Assembly: GCF_009914755.1 (NCBI RefSeq)
Contig: NC_060938.1
Origin: the human T2T-CHM13v2.0 reference genome, Homo sapiens
Reading direction: 5' to 3' (one strand)
DNA: 64,000 bases
In this document: positions 1-33,022 of the stretch, one piece after another
How the letters are laid out: every line of letters starts with the position of its first letter
Position numbering within the stretch: the first letter of the stretch is position 1
Notes under the pieces: model-generated
Told to the model about the DNA's origin: nothing
Database searches by the model: none
Seen by the model: the letters and a program-made list of their open reading frames with translations, nothing else
Made by a program: the position numbers and the translations under genes

Positions 1-984
1 CCGGGACGCTGGTGAAATGGGAGTTTCGGAGCCGCTGTGGGCTCCTGTCCAGGCTGGGTCAGTGCTCGGATGGGGCCTGGCATAGGGCGGGCGTGAACAA
101 AAGCCAGCCTCTGGTCTGGGGCTGGTGTGTGGGCCTCTGGGCCCTGGTGATGTCTGAGTTCAGGGTGCAGTTTGCTCGTGGGTCCCCAGAAGTGGGAGCG
201 AGTGAGATGTGTTGGCCTGGGATGAGAGGACTGGGGCTGTCCTGGTCGGCCCTGCCCTGTTCTATGGACCGGGAGGAGGTGAGGCTCAGCCGCCAGACAC
301 CCCAGGCTTTTGAGGCCCAGATAGGGCCGGCCCAGAACACAGGCCCAGCATGGCTGCTCCCAGCCTCAGTCTTAGCTGTTGGCGCCTGGGAGGGCCCAGA
401 GGAGCCAGGACTTCCTGCAGGCACCACAAGGGGGCCGCAGAGAGCGAGCAGCCCGGCTGGCTGTGGTCCCATCTGGGGACCTCGGGCTCAGAGAGCCGGC
501 AGGGCGCTGAGCGGGATGAGTGGCCCACTGGCGGCCGGTGCTGAGCGTGCGAGGGGCGGTGGGGAGCACCACTGCATGCCCCCATTTTGGGTGTTATAAG
601 AACCCTACTTGGGTTCCTAGCACAGGGCAGGAATCCCCATGCTGCTGGCCGGTGCCCGGCCCCGGTCTCATCTGGACAGCCTGTTCTGGGAAGCCCCAGT
701 GGAGTGGGGGCAGGGGTGGCCTCTGGACAGGGGCCCTCCACAGCCAGGCTTGTCTGGGCTCTTCCCAAAGAGGCTTGGCACTGGGTGGATGGGCAGCCAG
801 AGTGGGGGGACGTCGAGGCCCAGATGATCTTCAACCGGGTGGTCTTCACGCCCCACCGGGAGGCCTGCGGCCCCCGTTCTGCCCTGCCCCCTGGCGGCAC
901 AGCCCTCGGTCCGGGCCCTGGGCAGGGAGCAGGCCGCCACCCTGTGCTGACCGTGCTGCCGGGTGCTGTCTGTCTGTTATATAG

Positions 985-21357
<20,373 letters not shown>

Positions 21358-21850
21358 GGGCCGCCCCCACCTGCGGCCGCCCCCCGCCCCTCGCCCGCCC
21401 ACACGGCCCCTTCCCAGCCAGCCCGCCGCCCGCCCCTCAGTTTGGTAGTGCCCCACCTCCCGCCCTCACCTGCAGAGAAACGCGCTCCTTGGCGGACACT
21501 GGGGGAGGAGAGGAAGAAGCGCGGCTAACTTATTCCGAGAATGCCGAGGAGTTGTCGTTTTTAGCTTTGTGTTTACTTTTTGGCTGGAGCGGAGATGAGG
21601 GGCCACCCCGTGCCCCTGTGCTGCGGGGCCTTTTGCCCGGAGGCCGGGCCCTAAGGTTTTGTTGTGTTCTGTTGAAGGTGCCATTTTAAATTTTATTTTT
21701 ATTACTTTTTTTGTAGATGAACTTGAGCTCTGTAACTTACACCTGGAATGTTAGGATCGTGCGGCCGCGGCCGGCCGAGCTGCCTGGCGGGGTTGGCCCT
21801 TGTCTTTTCAAGTAATTTTCATATTAAACAAAAACAAAGAAAAAAAATCT
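21358..21850 (+). other. MTA1: MTA1 3' UTR with ATTAAA polyadenylation signal at 21823-21828
   Basis: Follows the stop codon, contains U-rich stretches, and has ATTAAA followed by an A-rich run and GT/T-rich sequence. The end position is approximate. Confidence 0.75.
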
Positions 21851-24374
21851 TATAAAAAGGAAAAAAACCAACCGGTCCTTCCCTGTGTCTTTTGTTCCCA
21901 GTCCCTCTCCCTGACTCAGGCCCTGGGCCCCCCACCCCCATCGGGCGGCCCTAGGCTGTGGCTCTGCCGTGGAGCTGGAGGCCCCTGGAGGCCACCTCAG
22001 CCAGGACAGCCACCCCAGCCTCTGGGCTCTGTTGCTCTCCCACCTGCCCACAGACCTTCCCCTGCTGGGGCCTGGCACGGTGCCCTCTGCCCTCCCCAGG
22101 GGGCAGCAAGCGGTTGCAGGGCCCAACCCCCTTCCCCAGCAGAGCTGTGCTGAAACCGTCTGTGCGTCTGTGTCTGCGGCAGCGGTGGGCCGGGGACTGC
22201 CTCCCGGCAGGCAGAGCTGCCCCTGCCGAAGACCCTGTGGCTTCCCACCAGGGCAGCCAGTGCAGCTGGGCCAGCGAGGCCTTGGAGTGCTCCAGCCAGA
22301 GGCCCAACCTCCTGGCCATGTAGAGCCTGGCCCCAGCCGCCTGAGGGTTTCTGCCCAGAGCTCTGGCCCCCAAGCAGGTGTGCAGTCTCCACAGTGAGAA
22401 TCTGCTTAGATTTCTGCAAGCACATTCTCAGAAATCCTGCTTGGCCCATCCTCCGGCCGGGGACAGGACTTGCAGGCCGGGGGACAGGTACAGGCCGGGC
22501 CACCAGAAGGAGGGGTCCGGTGGATAGCCTGGCTCCAGACCACCCCCCTGGCCGTGCTACCTCAGCCGGCCAGGAGGGGTCCGCCCAGGCCTCGCTCAGG
22601 GAGAGTAGCTCCTCTGTCTCTCCCCAGAGCTGTGCCTTTGCTCCCCCAGCCCACCCAGGCGCCCTGTCATGTGGAAATCTCAGCCACGGAATTAAAATAG
22701 AAACCACTTCTGCTGTCTCCCAGGAGACAAAGATAAGGGGGCGTCCTGGCCTCCGTGGGAGCCTGTGCTGGGGCCCAGCAGTGACAGGACTAGGTGTCAG
22801 GGACTCGGCTGCAGTGCACGTCCCACCCACCCTCCCTGGGCTGCTGGCGCCCCCCCACCCAACCCCAGCCCCCACCAGCCAACTCTAATCTGCAGCCAGC
22901 ATCCGAGTGACCCCACAGCCTGAGGACTTGCCTGTAGTGCGTCATCAGAGGGCTGGGAAATCAGGCCCCTGACCTCATGAAGGACACAGCTCCCTCTGAG
23001 GCCTTTTCCAACCCTGGGGGTCTGGAGCTCAGTGAAGACCCCAGCTCCCTTGTCTCCCTTCCCCAGGCCTCGGGCTTGCCTCCCAGTGCTGGCTGCAGGG
23101 TTCTGGCCTCAGCAGCTCTTCCACCCCCCAGGGCCTGTCCTTTTCTGGAGTCAACATGTGGGCTGTGAGGTGTCCTAGGTCCTGGGCTCTATCCCAAGGG
23201 CAGGGAGGCCCTGAGGAGATGTGGGGCCCTTTCCCACCCCAGACACCCTCCCCGGCCAGACACCCAGGCTGCAGTGCCCTCACAGGGCCAAGCTCTGGCC
23301 ACCGGTGCTGGGTGGGGCCTGGGCTGCTTGTGGGTCTAAACCTGGGCTTAGAAGTGAGTGGGTACCGGCTGGGGGGAGCATTGGCCTTGGTGCCCAGGCC
23401 ATGAAGGGGTCTCCCAGCTTTGCTATGTCCTCGTTAGGCCCTTCCCTGCTGATGAGACAGCAGCCTGCTTCCTGCACCAGCAACCCCACAGGGGCCGCGG
23501 CTCCCCAGGGCCAGGGGCATCTCAGGGTGGCAAGGCCATCATGCTGTCATGCCTGGAGACCTGTCCTGCCAGCTCCGCTCCACCCTGCTAGGGTCCTCTG
23601 TCCACCACTCAGCCCAGCCTGGCTTCCCTGCAGTGGAGCTGAGTGGCAGGGGCCTGCTATCTGCCAGTGTCACAGGATGGCGGAAGGCACCAGACCACTG
23701 CAGCCCAGGGGTGTGACCCAGCCCCATGCCCAGCCATCAGCCCTGCCAGCTCCCTTCACACCCGCCGTGTCCTGTGCCCCCCTCTCCACTCGGGCCCGTC
23801 CCACTGTGTCACTGCCCCTGCCTGTGACCCACCGCAGCCTCAGAGGTGGAGACCAAGGCCACTGCTCTGCACCCATTGATCCTGACCCCTGCCTGCCAGG
23901 CCCAGAATAGCCCCGTCGCATTAGGGAGCTTCTGGCCGCTGCCCAGGGACTGCGGCTGGGGTGAGGGCAGTGCAGCAGCTGGCACACTCCTTGTCCCACC
24001 CCACCCTCCGTGTGTCTCCAGGGCACCTGGCCAGTGCCGAATGCCATTCCTTTGCTGCCACCCTGGGAGGGGCCTGCCTCTACCCCCATCCACTCTTCTG
24101 GCAGGGCTGGGGACCTTGGGGCAGGTGGTCTCCCTCCAGAAGAGCCCTGTGTTCAGCCAGCCCTGTCCTCCAGAGCAAGCCCCACAGGTAGCAAAGTCAG
24201 GGAGGGTAATGGCTTAGCCCCAGGCTCCCAAGCTGGGCAGAACAGGGCAGGGAGCTGGAGAGGGTTTGGCAGTGGGCCCATGAATCCAGCCTGGGCAAGG
24301 CCCTGCTGTGAGGGACCCCTAGGGACCCCTGGGCCTGCCAGGGAGGAAGGGCTGCCCAGAAAAGGTACTGACTG

Positions 24375-24639
24375 ATGCCTCCTCACCATCTTCTGCCTTG
24401 GCTGGCACAGGTCCCAAGTGCAGAGGGGGAGCTGGTCAGGCTGGTCAGTCGGGCGGGGGGGCGGGGGGCATGTTTCTGGCCTGCTGTCACCATGGAAATG
24501 GCAGTGGCTGCAGGGTGTGTGTGCAAGGGAGGAGGGTGCTGCCACAGAGAGCCCAGCCAGGACCACCATGAAAGCCAGGAGCACCGAGGGCCTCTGGTTG
24601 GCTCACAAACATGCCTGGTGCACCAGGCAGAGGGAACAG
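24375..24639 (+). CDS. CRIP2: CRIP2 upstream alternative first coding exon (long isoform N-terminus)
   Basis: ATG at 24375 opens 88 codons (MPPHHLLPWL...HQAEGT) plus G, followed by the donor CAG|gtaggt at 24640. Phase 1 matches the CRIP2 exon 2 acceptor at 31635 and gives 282 aa, matching my recollection of a CRIP2 isoform. Confidence 0.7.
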
Positions 24640-25299
24640 GTAGGTCTCCGTGTCCAGCCCACAGCCTCCAAGACACAGGGGGAAGGGTGTCCAGAGTCAG
24701 CTGCCCCCATAGGGCCTGATCACTGGGCTTCTGGGATCTGCCTGTCTCCCAGGCCGACGCTCAGCTGGGGCCAGAAGGCTCAGAGAAGGGCCCATGGGGA
24801 CAGAGCACCAGGAAGCCCGTGGGTGCGGAGGTTCCCCACCTGGGGCCAGGCTCTACGGGGCTCTAGGGCGGAGGCACTGTGGTGAGGCGTGGTCAGGCAC
24901 GCCCTGGTTGGGAGGAGGCCAGAGTGGGGGTGTGGGGGTGCGGTGACTGGCATGACCCCTCAATCTCCCGCCTGACCCCTCGAGGTCAGGCCCTGGGCCC
25001 CCAGGCACGCAGCTGGTCCTGGGCGGTGCGGGAGAAGGGACTGGAGTGTCAGCCCCAGCCCGGGGCACAGAGGGCACGCCCACTCCTTCCCCTCCTTCCC
25101 TTCCTAACTCCTCACCGCCTCCCCGGCCGCCCCCTGGGTGGAAGTGCTTGGGGTGGACGCCTTAAGCGCGGATCCCTCGGCGCTGGTGCCCGCCGCCCCT
25201 TCCCTGCCTGGGAGGCAGACGCAGACCTCCCCACACCCCCTACCAGCAGCTTCTCGAGCTGTTTCTGGAGGTGGCGGCGCCTTCCTTCCTGAGCCCTGC

Positions 25300-26700
25300 C
25301 CTCCACCCAAGGAGCCTTCAGCACCACAGACAGTGTTGGGGCGGGGCGCGGGCGGGGGCGGAGCGGGACATGGAGACCCGGACAGGGCTGGGGGCCGTGC
25401 CCGCCGGGAATCTGACTCCGCTCCCGCGGCGCGGCTGTTGCTATGGAAACCGAGCAACAAAGGGAAGCGGGACAGGCGCCGCGCGCGGCGGGGTGGGGGT
25501 GGGGTTCTCCCGGAGCCTGCGACCCCTTCCCGCGGCGGAGCGCAGCCTGGGCGCCCAGGGCCGGGAGTGTTGGACCCCTAGGCCCAAGTCACTAGGGCTC
25601 CCCGAGAGCCGAGGGCCAGGCTCCCCGCACCCTGCCCGCCGCCCCGGGGACGGCCCGGCCAGGCGGCCCCGACGTCGCCATGGAAACAGCCGGGGCGCGG
25701 GCGGCGCCGCGGTCGCCCGGGCGGGCCCCTGTAGACGCCACCTCCGGCGCGAGGGGCCCGGGGGCGCCAGGCCTGGCCCGGCTGCCCCGCACCCGCCACC
25801 CCCGGCAGGTGCGCCCCGCCCCCGCGGCGCCCCCAGGCGGCCCCCAGCCCGGGGGACGGGTTATCGAGGCCCCGCCCCGGCCGCGGAGCCAATGGGCGCG
25901 CGGACAGCCGGGCAGGCGGGGCTGGGCGCGGGCGGCGGCGGCCCGGAGGAGAACGGGCGGAGGGCGCGGGCCGACCGGGCGCACCGACCATGGCCTCCAA
26001 ATGCCCCAAGTGCGACAAGACCGTGTACTTCGGTGAGTGCGTGCCCGCTCCCGGCCCGCTCGGTGCATCCCGCCGCCCTTCGCGGCCAGTCCCGCGCCGC
26101 AGAGCCGCGGCGTAACTCGGGGTGCGCCCGGCCCCGGCCCCGGACCGAGGATGCGCGTCCCGGAGGCTGGCTGGCCGCGCTGCCCAAGCGGCTAAAGCCA
26201 AAGGGTGGGGCTGCGCGAAAGCGGGGGCGGTCACGCCCGAACCCCGAAGCGGCTTGTGGGGGCGGGGCAGGGACCACCCGGGCGGGGCTTGTGGTGCCCC
26301 GGGATGAGGCCAGTGTTTGGGGGAGCGCTCGGGGATCCGCGGACGCATCCCGGTTCCTCGGACGGCGCCGGGCGGGGCGGGGCAGGGCGTGGCTGTACGC
26401 CCCGGGTGCGTCCCGCGCGCTCCCGTGGGCCTGGGCCCTTTCTCCTGGACCCCCTACACCCGCTTCCCCCGGGAACAAGTGGCCGGGAACAGTGACCCCC
26501 AGCTCCCACTCCGGGCTCCGCTGAGCTGGGCTGGGCCAGGTTTGGACTCTGTCGGGATTCAGTCCAAGCGGGGGCGACCTTGGCCTCTGCCTCCTGCTTG
26601 TCCCGACGCATTCCCTTGGCGCCAGTTCCCCCAGGAGTTTCACACGGGGGTAGGGTGGGGGCGGGTGTGACACGCGAGTTCCCGCGAACGTGAGAGGGAC
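25300..26700. promoter_or_regulatory. CRIP2: CRIP2 CpG-island promoter
   Basis: Very CpG-dense. GC box at ~25870-25878, CCAAT at 25889-25893, and RFX X-box-like GTTGCTATGGAAAC (25437-25450) and GTCGCCATGGAAAC (25674-25687). Confidence 0.85.
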
Positions 26701-29700
26701 CTTGTGCTCAAGCAGCCCAGGTGTCCAGGATCCCTGCCTCCTCAAGGTCAGAACAGCCCTGGACAGGATGCAGGTGGTGGCGGGAAGAGGGATGTCTCGC
26801 AAGGCGGCCCTCGGTCTAGCCCCTCCGGCAGGCGCGCTCCCCCCGTCTGGGCTTACTCACTCTCTGGGCCTGGGTGCGCCCTTCCTACCCCCTTCCTCCT
26901 GGCTGATTCGCTGCCCAGCTTTCTCCAGGGTGGTAAGGTCCCTGCCCACCTACCCACCAGCTGCTGCACGAAGGGGGGCAGACTTAGTGAAGCAGAGAGG
27001 AGGGCCGGGACCAACAGGGCGCCTGCCCTGGTCGCCCCATACCCAGAATGCGGCCAGGCTGCAGGGAAGGCCGCCACTGGGCTTCCCCGGCTCACAGGCT
27101 GGAGGGGGTTGAGGGGAGGTTGTATTTTGCCCGTCCCAGAGGGGAGGGACCGGATTTGGCCTGGAGTGCTTCTGGCGTGGCTGGGAGCCGAGGGGCTTCC
27201 GGCTGCCTCTCCTGGAGCCCGCTCAGCCCTCAGTCTCTGTCCCAGCGAGGGCTGTCTCTGTAAGGCTTAGGGTGGGAGACGGTCCCCAGGGCCCTTCTGC
27301 AGTCCAACTGCCCATGACTTTACCCCAGGCCGGGCCAGGCCAGCCTGGGGCTCTCCAGGGTCTCGGCCAACAGTCCTGTGGACAGCCCGGAAAGGCCTGC
27401 CTGCCTGGCCCGCCCAGCCTCTCAGCGGAAAACAAAGGCGCTTCAGACCCGGCTGGCTTCTGTCCTGCCTGGGAGGCACTGTGAGGGCGAGGGTCCAGAA
27501 TCCTGCCCACCCTCACACCAGGCTGCCCCCGCAGCTCATACCTGAGTAGAACCCAGGCTGGGATGTCGGAGCACATTGAGGAGGCCACCCCAGAGCCCAT
27601 GCAGCCAGGGTGGGCAGCTGGTTTTCTTCTGAGCCATTAGACCCAATCGATTCTGTGTTCCCAACTCGGACCCGTAATGTGTGGCCATTGACCCACCCAG
27701 TGGGTCTGAGGGCCAGTTCCCTGCCCCCACTTGGCCCACGTCCCAGAGCTGGCCAGAGCACAGTGCTGGCAGCCCTGGGCTGCAGCTGCCACGGCCGATA
27801 GCCACCGAGACTTCCTTGCTGCTGCTGGGACACGCCTGCCCACCGTGCAGCCAGCCCCTGCCTGCCCTGGTGTGTCCCAGCTTCCTTGAGTGGAGTGGTT
27901 CTGGTCAGAGGGCTCTAAGCTGGTGCAGCCTTGTGGTTGGGCTGGTGTCCTGGAGGCTGGCCCTGGCCATGCCCAGAGGGTTGTACCAGGGCCACGGAGA
28001 GCCAGTATTCACAGCCCTCTACCTAGTAGGCCACCTGGGGGATCCCATCTCACTGCCAGGAGCAGCACCCTTGGGCCTCTCAGAGTGGGCTTCGCCCTAG
28101 CCAGATGCCCCTCCCCGATATCTGCCAGACAAAGGGGGCTGGGCCACTTGCTGAGAAAGGGAGCTGGGAGAGCCACTGGTCCTCGGCCACCTGAGGGGCT
28201 TGGCCAGATTCTGCCGGGCAGGGTGGGCCCAGCCTGCATGCTCCCTCCCCCCAGGGCCTGCAGCTTGTCCCCTTCCCTTCAGAATTCCGGCTCTGCTGGG
28301 CCCTTCCTGCCCCTCCCCACCTCTTCCTGCCTGGCTCCCTAGGGAGGCCCCTGCTTCCATCCACTGGGAAGCAGTCCAGTAGCCCCAGTGTGGGGGTGGG
28401 AGGCAGTGGCAGAGGGTCCCGGACCCTCAGCAGCTGCCCTCAGATCTTCCATGCCAGTGGCAGCCAGGAGCATTACGGCGGGGGGAGAGCTCAGGGTTTA
28501 GGACGAGGAATCCACAGACAGATGAGGGTCCCGCCTGGAGGACCCACGGGGACGGGGCCTGGCCTTCCCATGAGGGAGCTGGAGGTTCTGGGGCTGCACC
28601 TTTGACTCAGCAGCGGGGTGCTGCCAGCCCCATCAGGGCCCAGTTGGTGGGGATCAGGGGCGTGTCAGTGCGAGGCAGGTGTGAGAGGGAGAGCAGCATG
28701 TGTTGAAGCAGGTGCACTGCAGAGGCAGGTGTGTGAGTGTAAGAGAAGTGTTTGAGGGAATGACAGGTGGGGGAGATGCATATGTGTGTGGGGAGGCAGG
28801 TGTGTGTGGGGAAGCGGGGGTGTGTGTGGGGAAGCGGGTGTGTGTGGGGAAGCGGGTGTGTGTGGGGGAAGCGGGTGTGTGTGGGGGAAGCGGGTGTGTG
28901 TGGGGGGAAGCGGGTGTGTGTGGGGAAGCGGGTGTGTGTGTGGGGAAGCGGGTGTGTGTGGGGAAGCGGGTGTGTGTGGGGAAGCGGGTGTGTGTGGGGA
29001 AGCGGGTGTGTGTGGGGGGAAGCGGGTGTGTGTGGGGAAGCGGGTGTGTGTGTGGGGAAGCGGGTGTGTGTGGGGGAAGCGGGTGTGTGTGTGGGGAAGC
29101 GGGTGTGTGTGGGGAAGCGGGTGTGTGTGGGGGAAGCGGGTGTGTGTGGGGAAGCGGGTGTGTGTGGGGAAGCGGGTGTGTGTGAGGAAGCGGGTGTGTG
29201 TGGGGAAGCGGGTGTGTGTGGGGAAGCGGGTGTGTGTGGGGAAGCGGGTGTGTGTGTGGGGAAGCGGGTGTGTGTGTGGGGAAGCGGGTGTGTGTGTGGG
29301 GAAGCGGGTGTGTGTGGGGAAGCGGGTGTGTGTGTGGGGAAGCGGGTGTGTGTGTGGGGAAGCGGGTGTGTGTGGGGAAGCGGGTGTGTGGGGGGAAGCG
29401 GGTGTGTGTGAGGAAGCGGGTGTGTGTGTGGGGAAGCGGGTGTGTGTGTGGGGAAGCGGGTGTGTGTGGGGAAGCGGGTGTGTGTGGGGAAGCGGGTGTG
29501 TGTGTGGGGAAGCGGGTGTGTGGGGGAAGCGGGTGTGTGTGTGAGGAAGCGGGTGTGTGTGGGGAAGCGGGTGTGTGTGAGGGAAGCGGGTGTGTGTGAG
29601 GAAGCGGGTGTGTGTGGGGAAGCGGGTGTGTGTGGGGAAGCGGGTGTGTGTGGGGAAGCGGGTGTGTGGGGGAAGCGGGTGTGTGTGTGAGGAAGCGGGT

Positions 29701-32700
29701 GTGTGTGGGGAAGCGGGTGTGTGTGGGGGAAGCGGGTGTGTGTGGGGGAAGCGGGTGTGTGTGGGGAAGCGGGTGTGTGTGGGGAAGCGGGTGTGTGTGT
29801 GGGGAAGCGGGTGTGTGTGTGGGGAAGCGGGTGTGTGTGTGGGGAAGCGGGTGTGTGTGGGGAAGCGGGTGTGTGTGTGGGGAAGCGGGTGTGTGTGTGG
29901 GGAAGCGGGTGTGTGTGGGGAAGCGGGTGTGTGGGGGGAAGCGGGTGTGTGTGAGGAAGCGGGTGTGTGTGTGGGGAAGCGGGTGTGTGTGTGGGGAAGC
30001 GGGTGTGTGTGTGGGGAAGCGGGTGTGTGTGGGGAAGCGGGTGTGTGTGGGGAAGCGGGTGTGTGTGTGGGGAAGCGGGTGTGTGGGGGAAGCGGGTGTG
30101 TGTGTGAGGAAGCGGGTGTGTGTGGGGAAGCGGGTGTGTGTGGGGGAAGCGGGTGTGTGTGAGGAAGCGGGTGTGTGTGGGGAAGCGGGTGTGTGTGGGG
30201 AAGCGGGTGTGTGTGGGGAAGCGGGTGTGTGTGTGGGGAAGCGGGTGTGTGGGGGAAGCGGGTGTGTGTGTGAGGAAGCGGGTGTGTGTGGGGAAGCGGG
30301 TGTGTGTGGGGGAAGCGGGTGTGTGTGGGGGAAGCGGGTGTGTGTGGGGAAGCGGGTGTGTGTGGGGAAGCGGGTGTGTGTGGGGAAGCGGGTGTGTGTG
30401 TGGAAGCGGGTGTGTGTGTGGGGAAGCGGGTGTGTGTGAGGAAGCGGGTGTGTGTGGGGAGGCGGGTGTGTGTGGGGGGAAGCGGGTGTGTGGGGGGGAA
30501 GCGGGTGTGTGTGTGTTGGGAAGCGGGTGTGTGTGGGGAAGCGGGTGTGTGTGAGGAAGCGGGTGTGTGTTGGGAAGCGGGTGTGTGTGGGGGGAAGCGG
30601 GTGTGTGGGGGGGAAGCGGGTGTGTGTGTGTTGGGAAGCGGGTGTGTGTGGGGAAGCGGGTGTGTGTGGGGAAGCGGGTGTGTGTGGGGGGAAGCGGGTG
30701 TGTGTGGGGGGAAGCGGGTGTGTGTGGGGAAGCGGGTGTGTGTGGGGAAGCGGGTGTGTGTGGGGGGAAGCGGGTGTGTGGGGGGGGGAAGCGGGTGTGT
30801 GGGGGGAAGCGGGTGTGTGTGGGGGGAAGCGGGTGTGTGGGGGGGGGAAGCGGGTGTGTGTGGGGGGAAGCGGGTGTGTGTGGGGGGGAAGCGGGTGTGT
30901 GGGGGGGGAAGCGGGTGTGTGTGGGGAAGCGGGTGTGTGTGTGGGGAAGCGGGTGTGTGTGGGGGGAAGCGGGTGTGTGTGGGGAAGCGGGTGTGTGTGG
31001 GGAAGCGGGTGTGTGTGGGGGGAAGCGGGTGTGTGGGGGGAAGCGGGTGTGTGTGGGGAAGCGGGTGTGTGGGGGAAGCGGGTGTGTGTGGGGGAAGCGG
31101 GTGTGTGTGGGGAAGCGGGTGTGTGGGGGGAGGCGGGTGTGTGGGGGAAGCGGGTGTGTGGAGGCGGGCGTGTGGGGGAGGCGGGTGTGTGTGTGAGAGG
31201 AAGGTGTGTGGGAGGAGGCAGATTTGTGGGGGGAGGCGGGCGTGTGGGGGAGGCGGGTGTGAGGCGGGTGTCCGGGAGGCAGGTGTTGGAGCGCGGGCAG
31301 GTGTTGGAGCGCGGGCAGGCTCGAGCACAGGCCCCTTCACCGCAGGCACTGAGGGGACTAACAGGGCAGCCCCGGGCCCCTTCTCAAAGGCGGCTCTAGC
31401 GGGGTTCCAGGGCTGGGGGCGCTGAGACCCAGAGGGAGAACAGGGCCTGGGGGCGACGGGCTCCTCCGGGTCTCAGAAGGAGGGGCAGGGCCCGCCAGGT
31501 GGAAGGAAGGCGCCTGGGAGACCTCCTGAAAGTGGGGACCCCCGGAGCGCGTGGGGGTGGTGGCTGCCAGGTGGGGGCGGAGGGGGTGCGGGGCGCGCCC
31601 CGGCCCTGACCCCCCTGCCGCCCCTCCCGCTCAGCCGAGAAGGTGAGCTCCCTGGGGAAGGACTGGCACAAGTTCTGCCTCAAGTGCGAGCGCTGCAGCA
31701 AGACGCTGACGCCCGGGGGCCACGCCGAGGTGAGCCCCACTGCGCGGCGCGGGCGGGGGCGGGGGTCGCGACTCCCGCCACCCTCAGGCAGGGTCCTGAC
31801 CCGCGCCCCTCTGCGCAGCATGACGGGAAGCCGTTCTGCCACAAGCCGTGCTACGCCACCCTGTTCGGACCCAAAGGTGAGCTCCGGCTGCCCTCGGCCT
31901 GCCCTGGGACCTGCTGGGAGGGGCGTGGCGCTGGCGCTGGGGAGGGCTGGGGGTCCCGGCCGCCGTGGATCCCCGCCCAGAGTCCCTGCCACCCTGGAAA
32001 GCCTAGTGCCCCCCAGTCCCCAGCGGGCCGTTTTCTGAGATGCCCGGTGGCCGCGGCCCCCACCCCACGTACCCCCGCCCCACGTACCCCCACCCGCAGG
32101 CGTGAACATCGGGGGCGCGGGCTCCTACATCTACGAGAAGCCCCTGGCGGAGGGGCCGCAGGTCACCGGCCCCATCGAGGTCCCCGCGGCCCGAGCAGAG
32201 GAGCGGAAGGCGAGCGGCCCCCCGAAGGGGCCCAGCAGAGGTGGGCTGGGCGCGGGCTGGGGCTGGGGGTTGTGGGCACGCGCGGGCTGGGGCTGGGGGT
32301 TGTGGGCACCCCCGGCCCCGCCCCGCCCTGACTCGTGCGCCCCACAGCCTCCAGTGTCACCACTTTCACCGGGGAGCCCAACACGTGCCCGCGCTGCAGC
32401 AAGAAGGTGTACTTCGGTGAGTGCGCGCCCGGGCCCCGGACCCCCGCCCCCGCCCCCGCCCCGGGGCTCGGCCTCACTCCTCCCCCTTTCCAGCTGAGAA
32501 GGTGACGTCTCTGGGCAAGGATTGGCACCGGCCCTGCCTGCGCTGCGAGCGCTGCGGGAAGACACTGACCCCCGGCGGGCACGCGGAGGTGAGGGGAGTG
32601 CAACGGGGCTTGGGGGCCGGGCAGGGGCGCGGGGTCGGGGGGATGAGGGTGAGAGGCGCGCCTAGAGGGGATGGGGGGTGGTGCTTCTGGGAGCTGCGCT

Positions 32701-33022
32701 GCCCTCTCCCCCACGGCGAGCCGGCCTGCACGTTCTGGAAGCCTCCAGGTGATGGGTCGGGGGAGTCTGTGGACTCCTCCCTCAGCACCCACCTTCTGCC
32801 CCAGCACGACGGCCAGCCCTACTGCCACAAGCCCTGCTATGGAATCCTCTTCGGACCCAAGGGTGAGTGTAGCCAGGGTGGTCCACGATGTCTTCCCTGC
32901 CCTCCCCTTCCCTCCACTGTTCTCCCGACCCACCCCAGCGGCCTCCCTCCACAGGAGTGAACACCGGTGCGGTGGGCAGCTACATCTATGACCGGGACCC
33001 CGAAGGCAAGGTCCAGCCCTAG
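25990..33022 (+). CDS. CRIP2: Cysteine-rich protein 2 (two LIM domains), 208 aa
   Basis: Exons 25990-26032, 31635-31729, 31819-31876, 32100-32240, 32348-32416, 32494-32588, 32805-32862, 32955-33022 (TAG), totalling 627 nt. [66 protein letters not shown]...[14 protein letters not shown]. Confidence 0.99.
28783..31270. repeat. Large G-rich VNTR (GGGGAAGCGGGTGTGTGT)n, 18-22 bp variable unit, CRIP2 intron 1
   Basis: Continuous ~2.4-kb array of roughly 120-130 units (estimate), with variable TG and G-run lengths. Confidence 0.98.

Noticed and set aside
25271-26802. 417-aa and 313-aa ORFs over the CRIP2 promoter, and similar ones at 43390-45202 and 286-1527
   Set aside because: Stop codons are depleted in CpG-island/GC-rich DNA, and the proteins are low-complexity Ala/Arg/Gly/Pro with no homology I recognise.
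28665-31425. 894-aa minus-strand ORF and multiple plus-strand ORFs (HTPASP / GEAGVC / GKRVCV repeats)
   Set aside because: These are translations of a nearly stop-free VNTR, with no splice or promoter context and no recognisable domain.
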